A stretch of DNA of 64,000 bases from Spirochaetia bacterium (GTDB lineage: Bacteria > Spirochaetota > Spirochaetia > SZUA-6 > Bin103), in assembly GCA_965203515.1 (NCBI GenBank), contig OZ241907.1:1184001-1248000 (forward strand). Direction: 5' to 3'. A model generated the notes under the pieces. That model was not told the origin of the DNA, searched no databases, and was given only the letters and a program-made list of their open reading frames with translations. A program made the position numbers and the translations under genes. The stretch's first letter is position 1. Every line of letters starts with the position of its first letter. Positions 10,021-17,753 of the stretch are shown piece by piece.

Positions 10021-10288
10021 GCCCCATACACGGGCCGGCCGTCGGTGGCGCTTCAACGCACGGCGGTCACGGCCGCCGAATCACTTCCAGGGGTCAGCCA
10101 TCGCCTCAAGCAGGAGACCGCCGGCACGTGCTACGATGATGCTGAAAATGGGATCGTACGCCGCAGGCAGGAGGGGAATCTTGGGTAGAGCATCGTTGGT
10201 ATCGCTGTTGCTGGCCGCCGGTATCGCCGCGCTGATGGCGTGTTCCCAGGCCGCGCGCCCGGCAGCCGCGCCCGCCGACCCGGCCCAA

Positions 10289-10306
10289 GGGGGGGGGGGG
10301 GGGGGG
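10289..10306 (+). repeat. Poly-G homopolymer (18 G)
   Basis: ccaa-G18-taag read directly; the only long homopolymer seen in the window. Confidence 0.97.
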
Positions 10307-10627
10307 TAAGCCGCCGAGCGAGCCGGCGCCAACCCCGCAGCCGGCAGAGAAGCGCTGGACGATCGGCGCGGCTGACTTTGGCAATGATGAACCGAACCTG
10401 ACGGGCGCAGTGTCCAACCGTTCCGCGCCCTATGCCTGGGAGCGGATCACCGCCGGCGGCGTGCGCGTTTCGATTGGCGGGCAGGACCTGCCGTTCACGA
10501 GCACGAGCGCCAAGCCGGTCTTCGCGTCCGATCTCTCCGGCGCGGAGTGGACGGTTGCCGCCGAGGTGCGGGCGGGGGAAGTGGTGCTGGTGCTCACCGC
10601 CCCCGATCAGTCGGGCGCCGGCGACAC

Positions 10628-11810
10628 GGTTGAGTCGGTGATGATCACGAACCGGGGGAGCGGCTACACGACAGACCCGACCGTGACCTTTTCGGCCCCG
10701 CCGGCCGGAGGAGCCACGGCAACCGGCACCGCGACGGGGTCCCGGTACGTCGACTCCGTGACGATTACGACCGTGGGGAGCGGCTACGCCTCGGTCCCCA
10801 CCGTCACCTTTTCGGCGCCGCCATCCGGCGGCACGGCTACCGGCGCCGCAGTAGGGTCCGGTACCGTCGATTCCGTGACGGTCGGGACCGCGGGAAGCGG
10901 CTACACGTCCGTTCCCAGCGTGACGTTCGGGGCGGCGCCGGCCGGCGGCACCACGGCGACCGGCACCGCAACGCGGCGAACCGAAGTAGCGAACGTGACG
11001 ATGACGAACCGGGGGAGCGGTTACACGGCTGCCCCAACCGTGACCTTTGGCGCTCCGCCGTCCGGTGGCACCCGCGCAACCGGAACCGCGGTGATAGGCG
11101 GCGGTCAAGTGTTAAACATAAGCTACACGAACCGGGGGAGCGGCTACACTACTGCCCCTTCCGTTACCTTTTCGGGAGGAGGGGGCAGCGGTGCGGCCGC
11201 CACCGCGACGCTGAGAACCAGCAGAATAGAGGCAGTGACGATCACGAACCGGGGGAACGGTTACATGGCTGCCCCCGCCGTGACGTTTCCGGCCTCGCCC
11301 ATTCTCATCACGGCAACCGGCACCGCGGCGCTGCAAAGCGGCGTGGCGTCAGTGACGGTCACGAACGGCGGGAGCGGCTACACCTCCGCCCCCACCGTGA
11401 CCTTCGGAGCAGCGCCGGGCGGCGGCACCACCGCGACCGGCACTGCGGCGCTGCGCTACCGCGTAGTGTCGGTGACGGTCGCGGACGGCGGGAGCGGCTA
11501 CACCTCCGCCCCCGCCGTGACCTTTGCGGCAGCGCCGAGCGGCGGCGCCACCGCCGCCGGCACCGCGGTGCTGCGCTACGGCGTAGCGTCGGTGACGGTC
11601 ACCAACGGAGGAAGCGGCTATACCTCTGCCCCCACCGTGACCTTCGCGGCAGCGCCGAGCGGCGGCACCACGGCCGCCGGCACCGCGGTGCTGCGAACCG
11701 GCGTAACGTCGGTGACGGTCACGAACGGAGGAAGCGGTTACACCGCTGCCCCGACCGTGACCTTTTCGGCGCCGGCCAGCGGTACCCGTGCGACCGGCGC
11801 GGCCAAGCTG
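10628..11810 (+). repeat. Ten tandem ~40-aa coding repeats (V-x-S-V-T-V-T-N-G-G-S-G-Y-T-S-A-P-T-V-T-F-x-A-A-P-x-G-G-T-T-A-x-G-T-A-x-L)
   Basis: Ten G-[SN]-G-Y units counted in the translation. The last four have an exact 120-nt period (near-identical lines at 11341, 11461, 11581, 11701). Confidence 0.93.
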
Positions 11811-12053
11811 GCGGAGGGCGGCTACGATCAGTACCAGAACCTGTTTTGGGCGCGCCGGACGCTGGCGGGCAAGCAGCTTCTGATTCAGATAGCGGATTAG
11901 GCCGGCGGCTGCTGACGGGAGCTACGACTGCGTTGCGAACACGGTCCCGGCGGGGGTCCAGTACGTGTGAGCGCCGGCCGCTGGCACTCCGCAGACGGCC
12001 TCCCGGCTCCCCCGGTCACCAAACGCGCATTCGCCGCGTGGTAGGCTGGGCGC

Positions 12054-13373
12054 ATGAGCATCACGCCGCGGCAGCGGGAGCTGCTGGCTCGCACGTGGGT
12101 CGACTTCACCCCCATGCGGCGCTTCGCCGCCGCGCCGCTGATCGTCACGCGCGCCGACGGCGTCTACTACTGGGACGCCGCCGGCCGGCGCTACCTCGAC
12201 GCCATCGGCGGCATCTTCGTCGCCAGTCTGGGCCACCGCCACCCGCGCGTGCTGGCCGCGGTCCGCGAGCAGATGGACCGGCTCGCCTTTGCCCCGCCCC
12301 TGCACGGCATGGCCGACGTCACCCTGGAGCTGGTCGACAAGCTCGGCGCCGTCACCCCCGGCGACCTGGACTTCATCAAGACCTTCTCCGGCGGCTCGGA
12401 AGCGGTCGAGGCGGCGCTCAAGCTGGCACGCCAGTACTGGAAGCAGAGCGGCCGCCCCGGCAAGTACAAGGTGATCAGCCGCTACTACGGCTACCACGGC
12501 AGCTCCTTCGGCGCCATGGCGGCCAGCGGCACCGGGCCGCGCAAGAGCAAGTTCGAACCGCAGATGGGCGGCTTCGTCAAGGTCTTTCCCCCCACCCACT
12601 ACCGCGGGCGCCTGTCGACCTGGGAGGAGTGCAACCGCTTCGCCGCCGCCGCGGTGGAGGACGCGATCGTCGCCGAAGACCCGGAGACGGTAGCCGCCGT
12701 CGTCGTGGAACCGATCGGCAACACCGGCGGCGTCATCACTCCCACCGAAGAGTACTTCTCCCTGCTGCGCGAGAGCTGCGACCGCCACGCGGTGCTGCTG
12801 ATCTTCGACGAAGTGATCACCGGGTTCGGGAAGACCGGCAGCATGTTCGCCGCGCAGACCTTCGGCGTGACGCCGGACGTCATCTGCTGCGGCAAGGGCA
12901 TGTCGTCGGGCGTCATCCCGATCGGCGCGATCGCCGCCCGCCGCGGCATCGGCGACGCCTTCTGGGGATCGGAGCGCGATGACGTCCACTTCATGCACGG
13001 CAACACCTTCGCCGGCCACCCGCTCGCCGCCGCGGCGGCGAGCGCCGTGATCGACACGATCGCCGACGGCGACCTGTGCGCCCGCGCCCGCGACCACGGC
13101 GCCTACCTCCGCTCCCGTCTGGAGGCGCTGCGCGGCACCGGGGTGATCCGCGAGGTCCGCGGGCGCGGCGTGCTGCTCGGCGTCGAGCTGACCGACCCGC
13201 GCGTAGGCGCCGCCCTCGCGCGGCGGGCGGTCGGCGACGGCATCATCCTGCGCGTCGATCCCGCCTGGTTCGCCATCGCTCCGGCGCTGACCGCCGACCG
13301 GGACCAGCTCGACGCCATCTGCGACCGGATCGAGGCCAGCCTGCAGGCGGCGATCGCCGACGCCGGGCGGTAG
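12054..13373 (+). CDS. Class III PLP-dependent aminotransferase
   Basis: GRRYLDAIGG, SGGSEAVEAALK, GYHG, LLIFDEVITGFGKTG, CGKG (PLP Lys), HGNTFAGHP. Confidence 0.93.
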   Translation: MSITPRQRELLARTWVDFTPMRRFAAAPLIVTRADGVYYWDAAGRRYLDAIGGIFVASLGHRHPRVLAAVREQMDRLAFAPPLHGMADVTLELVDKLGAVTPGDLDFIKTFSGGSEAVEAALKLARQYWKQSGRPGKYKVISRYYGYHGSSFGAMAASGTGPRKSKFEPQMGGFVKVFPPTHYRGRLSTWEECNRFAAAAVEDAIVAEDPETVAAVVVEPIGNTGGVITPTEEYFSLLRESCDRHAVLLIFDEVITGFGKTGSMFAAQTFGVTPDVICCGKGMSSGVIPIGAIAARRGIGDAFWGSERDDVHFMHGNTFAGHPLAAAAASAVIDTIADGDLCARARDHGAYLRSRLEALRGTGVIREVRGRGVLLGVELTDPRVGAALARRAVGDGIILRVDPAWFAIAPALTADRDQLDAICDRIEASLQAAIADAGR

Positions 13374-13388
13374 CGGGCCGCCGGCCGA

Positions 13389-14384
13389 TCAGCCCGGATC
13401 GTCTTCGATCACGCGGAGCTGCGTGCGCAGGTCCTCGATCTCCCGCTCCCAGAAGGCCCGCCCGCCCCACTGCGGGAACGACTCCAGGAAGCGCAGGTCG
13501 CGGCGCTGCAGCGCCTGCCACGCCAGGTAGTAGATCATCCGCATGAGCCGCAGCGGCTCGATCAGCGCCACGGTCCGCCGGTCGAACGGCTGAAACCGCT
13601 CGTAGCCCTCCAGCAGCAACGCCAGCTCCCGGCGGCTGTCGGCGACCCGGCCCGGCAGCAGCAGCCACAGGTCCTGCACGGCCGGGCCGATCATCATGTC
13701 GTCGAAGTCGATGATCAGCAGCCCCTGCTCCGCGCGATCGAGAATGTTGCCGCGGTGGCAATCGCCGTGCAGGCGCTGCAGCGCGACGCCGTCGAACAGC
13801 GGCGCGATCCGCTCCACGGCGGCGTCCGCCAGATCGTAGAACTCGCCGGCCAGGTCCGGCGGCACCAGCTCGGCCTGCTCCATGTCATCCAGGAACCGCG
13901 CCGTCGACTCCTCCGGCGTGCAGGTCATCCGGTGCTCGGCGGCGCCGTGCGCGGCGGCCGCGTGCAGCCGCCCCACCAGCGCGCCGATGCGCAGCCAGTC
14001 ATCGTCACGGTCGGCGTCGAAGGTCCGGCCGCTGCGCTTCGGATAGACCGAGAAGCAGAACTCCTGCTCCCGTTCCGCCCGCACCACGTCCACCACGTGC
14101 AGCACGTCGCCGGCGGCGTCGGCGACCGGCGCCACTACCGGCAGCTCCAGGGCGGCGCATTCGCCGACCAGCAGGTGCTCCTCCGCGATCGCCTCGTAGC
14201 TCCAGCGTCCGGGGCGGTAGAACTTGGCGACGTATTGCCGGTCGTCCTCGGCCCTGAAGCCGTACACGCGGTTCACGTAGCTGGGGAAGCTGGTCAGCGC
14301 CCCGTCCACGCGCGCGCCGATGACCGACTCGATCGCCTGCACCGCCACGTGCGGGGTGAGCAGCTCGAAGGTTCCGACGTTCAC
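13389..14384 (-). CDS. srkA: Stress-response Ser/Thr kinase (SrkA/RdoA/YihE, APH fold)
   Basis: SYVNRVY, AKFYRPGRWS, RLHGDCHRGNIL, IDFDD, GPAVQDLWLLL. GTG 14384 overlaps the SDR stop. Confidence 0.88.
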   Translation of the reverse strand: MNVGTFELLTPHVAVQAIESVIGARVDGALTSFPSYVNRVYGFRAEDDRQYVAKFYRPGRWSYEAIAEEHLLVGECAALELPVVAPVADAAGDVLHVVDVVRAEREQEFCFSVYPKRSGRTFDADRDDDWLRIGALVGRLHAAAAHGAAEHRMTCTPEESTARFLDDMEQAELVPPDLAGEFYDLADAAVERIAPLFDGVALQRLHGDCHRGNILDRAEQGLLIIDFDDMMIGPAVQDLWLLLPGRVADSRRELALLLEGYERFQPFDRRTVALIEPLRLMRMIYYLAWQALQRRDLRFLESFPQWGGRAFWEREIEDLRTQLRVIEDDPG

Positions 14385-15175
14385 ACCGAAGTGTAGCCGC
14401 CGTCGACCGGGAGCGCCGCGCCGGTGATGAACGACGCCTCGTCGGACGCCAGGAACAGCGCCGCGTACGCCACCTCCTCCGCCGTGCCGAGCCGGCCGAG
14501 CGGCTGCATCGCCTCCATCCGCGCGCGCCATGCCGGATCGCCGGTGAGCGTTCGGGTCAGCGGCGTCACCACGAACGCCGGGCACAGCGCGTTCACGCGG
14601 ACGCCGCGCGCGCCGAAGGCGTTGGCCATGTCCCGGGTCAGGCCGATGACGCCGGCCTTGCCGGGCGGATACGGATCGTCGCCGGTCCCGAAGAACATCG
14701 GCCGGCCCACCAACCCGTAGATCGACGAGAGATTGACGATCGCCCCGCCGCCGGCCATCGACTGCACGGCACGCCGCGAGATCAGGTAGGTGCCCTTCAG
14801 ATTGACCGCCATCACCCAGTCCCAGACCCGTTCGTAGTCCCAGTCGGACGGCGCGTAGCGCGGCGTGACCCCCGCCGAGTTGACCACGATGTCGAGTCCG
14901 CCGAACGCCGCGACCGCGTCATCCACGCACGCCTCCGCCTCGCGGCGGACCGACACGTCGGCCGTGATCGGCACCGCGCGGCCGCCGCCGTCGGCGATCG
15001 CGCGGGCGGTCCGCGCCGCCGCGTCCGCGTCCCGGTCGGCGCCCGCGACCGCCGCGCCGTGCCGGGCGAACATCGCCGCGACCGCCGCGCCGATCCCGGA
15101 GCCGGCTCCGGTGATCAACGCCCGCTTGTCTTCGAGCCGCCCGCCGCCGGCCACCCCTGCACCCATCGCTCCCAT
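14381..15175 (-). CDS. SDR-family NAD(P)-dependent oxidoreductase
   Basis: TGAGSGIG, VNSAG, YPPGK (YxxxK), RVNALCP, LPVDGG. Start uncertain (15175 or 15187). Confidence 0.9.
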   Translation of the reverse strand: MGAMGAGVAGGGRLEDKRALITGAGSGIGAAVAAMFARHGAAVAGADRDADAAARTARAIADGGGRAVPITADVSVRREAEACVDDAVAAFGGLDIVVNSAGVTPRYAPSDWDYERVWDWVMAVNLKGTYLISRRAVQSMAGGGAIVNLSSIYGLVGRPMFFGTGDDPYPPGKAGVIGLTRDMANAFGARGVRVNALCPAFVVTPLTRTLTGDPAWRARMEAMQPLGRLGTAEEVAYAALFLASDEASFITGAALPVDGGYTSV

Positions 15176-15222
15176 GACGGCGATCATAGCGCCGTAGCGC
15201 ACCGGCCGGGCGGGTCGGTATC

Positions 15223-16209
15223 ATGGAGCCGATGACCGCACCCGCACGCCCGCTCCACGTCGGCGTCTGCTTCGACCTGGGCCCTGACTTCCTGGCCCGG
15301 CTCCGGTCGGAGTTTCCCGACACCCGCTTCACCGCCGCCTGCACGCCCGCAGAACAACGGCGGATCGCGCCCGACGTCGACGTCATCTTCGGGCGGCTCG
15401 ACCGGAACGCCTTTCTGCGCGCGTCGCGCCTGCGCTGGTACCACTTCATCGGCATCGGCTTCGACTCGGTGCTGCGCAGGGTCCCGGAGTTCGCTTCCAG
15501 CGGCGTGCTGATGACCAACGCGCGCGAGGCGCACGTCATCCCGATGGCCGAGTACGCGTTGGGTATGATGCTGGCGCTCGCCCACCACCTCCGCGAGTCG
15601 CTCGACGACCAGGCCGCCCGGCGCTGGCGCACCGAGCACTACCGCGCGCGCATCCTGGAGCTGGCCGGATCGACCATGGGCCTGCTGGCCTTCGGCGACA
15701 TCGGCCGGGCCGTGGCGCGGCGCGCGGCGGCGTTCGACATGGAGGTGTATGCGGTCGACCTGGAGCCGATCCCCCGCCCTCCCGGCGTCGCCGCCGTGTG
15801 GCCGATCGACCGGCTGCACGACCTGTTGGAGCGCACCGACTGGCTGGTGGTCACGGCGCCGCGCACCGCCGCTACCGAGCGGATGATCGGCGCCGATCAA
15901 CTCGCCCGCCTGCGTCCCGGCGCACACGTCGTGGTCGTCTCACGCGGGGGCATCGTGGACGAGGAAGCGCTGGTCGCCGCGATCGACGCGGGCCATCTGG
16001 GGGGCGCGGCGATCGACGCCACCACCGAGGAGCCGCCGGCGTCGGACAGCCCGCTGTGGGACCATCCGCGCATCTACCTGACCGCGCACGTGTCGGCCGA
16101 ATCGGCGCAACTCCTGACACGGCGGGGCGAGGTCTTCATCGACAACCTGCGGCGCTATCTGGCCGGCGAAGAGCTCCGCTTCCGTTGCGACCTGGCGCGC
16201 GGTTACTGA
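15223..16209 (+). CDS. D-2-hydroxyacid dehydrogenase family protein
   Basis: AFGDIG nucleotide-binding loop, VSRGGIVDE, EEPP, TAHVS. True start may be ATG 15232. Confidence 0.9.
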   Translation: MEPMTAPARPLHVGVCFDLGPDFLARLRSEFPDTRFTAACTPAEQRRIAPDVDVIFGRLDRNAFLRASRLRWYHFIGIGFDSVLRRVPEFASSGVLMTNAREAHVIPMAEYALGMMLALAHHLRESLDDQAARRWRTEHYRARILELAGSTMGLLAFGDIGRAVARRAAAFDMEVYAVDLEPIPRPPGVAAVWPIDRLHDLLERTDWLVVTAPRTAATERMIGADQLARLRPGAHVVVVSRGGIVDEEALVAAIDAGHLGGAAIDATTEEPPASDSPLWDHPRIYLTAHVSAESAQLLTRRGEVFIDNLRRYLAGEELRFRCDLARGY

Positions 16210-16239
16210 GCGACCGGACCGATCACGATCGAGAGCGCC

Positions 16240-17106
16240 TTGGTAGACCTGCACACCCATTCGAGCTGCTCCGACGGCAGCGACCGGCCTGAGGACCTGA
16301 TCGACGCCGCCCACCGCGCCGGCGTCACCACGGTGGCGCTGACCGACCACGACACCGTGTCCGGGGTCGATGCGGCGGCCCGCGCCGCCGCCGAGCGCGG
16401 CATGCGCTTCGTCGCCGGCGTGGAGCTGTCGTTGCAGCACGGGAACCGCCACGTCCATCTGCTCGGCCTGGGCTTCACCCGCCACGACGAGCGTTCCCGG
16501 CTGGGGCGGTTCCTGGACCGGAACCAGGAGCGCCGCGTAGAGCGCAACCTGGCGATGGTCGAGCGGATGCGGCAGCATGGGCTGGCGATCGACTACGCCG
16601 AGGTGCAGGCGGAGGCGTGCGGCGCGAGCGTCGGCCGGCCGCACATGGCCAGCGTGCTGGTCAGGCGAGGCGTCGCCGCGGACACCGCCGACGCCTTCCG
16701 CCGCCTGCTCGGATCGGGTGGCCCGTTCCACGTGCCGCGGCGCGCCGTGCAGCTCGTCGACGCGATCGACGCGCTGCGGGCCGCCGGCGGCCACGGCGTG
16801 CTGGCCCATCCGGCGGGCGGAACCGCCGACGAGCTGGCGGCGCTCCTGCGCGCCGTGGCCGCGGCCGGGGTGACCGGCGTCGAGGCGTACCACCCTTCCC
16901 TGTCCCGGGAGCGTTCGGCGGCGGTCCGGGCGCTCGCCGACCGACTCGACCTGTTCGTCACCGGCGGCTCCGACTACCACGGCGCACGCTCGCCGGGCCG
17001 CGCGCTCGGCTTCTGGCGACCCGGCGAGCCGATCCCGCCGGAGGTCGCCGCCGGACTTCCCGGCGGACCGCCCTCGGCGGAGGAGGCGCGGCCACGGCGG
17101 GGCTGA
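16240..17106 (+). CDS. PHP-domain phosphoesterase (YciV/TrpH-like)
   Basis: DLHTHSSCSDG, ALTDHDT, GVELS, GRPH, LAHP, GGSDYHG. Confidence 0.9.
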   Translation: MVDLHTHSSCSDGSDRPEDLIDAAHRAGVTTVALTDHDTVSGVDAAARAAAERGMRFVAGVELSLQHGNRHVHLLGLGFTRHDERSRLGRFLDRNQERRVERNLAMVERMRQHGLAIDYAEVQAEACGASVGRPHMASVLVRRGVAADTADAFRRLLGSGGPFHVPRRAVQLVDAIDALRAAGGHGVLAHPAGGTADELAALLRAVAAAGVTGVEAYHPSLSRERSAAVRALADRLDLFVTGGSDYHGARSPGRALGFWRPGEPIPPEVAAGLPGGPPSAEEARPRRG

Positions 17107-17588
17107 GGCGCGCGGCGCGGGCGGCGCTCGCCGCCTACGGAGCGGTCGCCCGCCGAGTCGGCATCGGTCTGCTCCTGACCGCCGCGGTGGTGGCCGTGAG
17201 CGCGGCGATCGTCACGCCGCTCTGGCTGGTGGCCACGCGCATGCGCTCGCTCTACAACATCCTGCTGATCGCCGCCTTCGCGATCGGCGTGGGCTGGATG
17301 CTGGTGAGGCGGGTCCGCCGCCAGGCGGAAGAGACCGACCTCCGCACGGCGCTCGCCGGGGCCGGCGTGGCGGCGGCGCGCCTGATCGGCTGGGTGGCTA
17401 CGCTGGCGGCAGCCCCGTTGTTCGTGCTGGCGCTGTTCACCACCGGGGCGGTTCTGCCGGCGATCGTCCTCATCGTCGCCGACCTGGGAGTGATCGGCGT
17501 TCTGCTCAGCGCCGGCCGGCGCCGGCCGGGCGACCGACGCCGATCGGCGGGCGCCGACGACCGGCCTCCCGGCCGGCCGGTGGGTTGA
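17103..17588 (+). CDS. Hypothetical ~4-TM membrane protein (start uncertain)
   Basis: Hydrophobic 3' part of ORF 16617..17588 beginning at the PHP stop. Only a CTG overlapping the TGA, or later GTGs, are available as starts. Confidence 0.6.
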   Translation: MRRAARAALAAYGAVARRVGIGLLLTAAVVAVSAAIVTPLWLVATRMRSLYNILLIAAFAIGVGWMLVRRVRRQAEETDLRTALAGAGVAAARLIGWVATLAAAPLFVLALFTTGAVLPAIVLIVADLGVIGVLLSAGRRRPGDRRRSAGADDRPPGRPVG

Positions 17589-17612
17589 CCTGTCGCCGCG
17601 AGCGGTTATGCT
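17585..17612 (+). promoter_or_regulatory. Sigma70-type promoter
   Basis: TTGACC (17585-17590), 16-nt spacer, TATGCT (17607-17612). Confidence 0.65.
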
Positions 17613-17617
17613 GTTTT

Positions 17618-17743
17618 GAATCTTTGGCGATACCTGCGCGGTGCCGCTAAGGTACCGCAAGCAGGTGTCGATAAGGAGAGTGTCGGTTATCTATAGTTCC
17701 CCTCCCAGTTTACTATATCTTAACCGGCATTCCCGCAAGGGTT
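17618..17743 (+). ncRNA. Candidate structured RNA / 5' leader of PBP1A (three-way junction, family not recognised)
   Basis: Hand-folded P1 17619-26/17736-43, P2 17628-45/17651-70, P3 17678-97/17712-32. Non-canonical pairs are G-U on the + strand. Begins at the predicted TSS. Confidence 0.5.
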
Positions 17744-17753
17744 GGTCGGCCCC

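Larger units (their letters stand above)
10148..11900 (+). pseudogene. Repeat-rich lipoprotein gene interrupted by a G18 homopolymer (candidate phase-variable gene, OFF state as assembled)
   Basis: Signal peptide with lipobox LMA-C (start ATG 10148, or 10136/10139) runs into G18 and TAA at 10307-10309. The next frame is open from the tract (GKPPSEPAPTPQPAEKRW...) to TAG 11900. G17 or G20 joins the two. Confidence 0.8.

Noticed and set aside
9000..10130. Rpn gene as an IS element
   Set aside because: No terminal inverted repeats or target-site duplication found, and this family is not shown to be a true IS transposase.
10628..11810. Repeat array as CRISPR or DGR template/variable repeat
   Set aside because: The repeats are contiguous, in-frame and lack unique spacers. 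No cas or reverse transcriptase gene is present, and differences are not adenine-specific.
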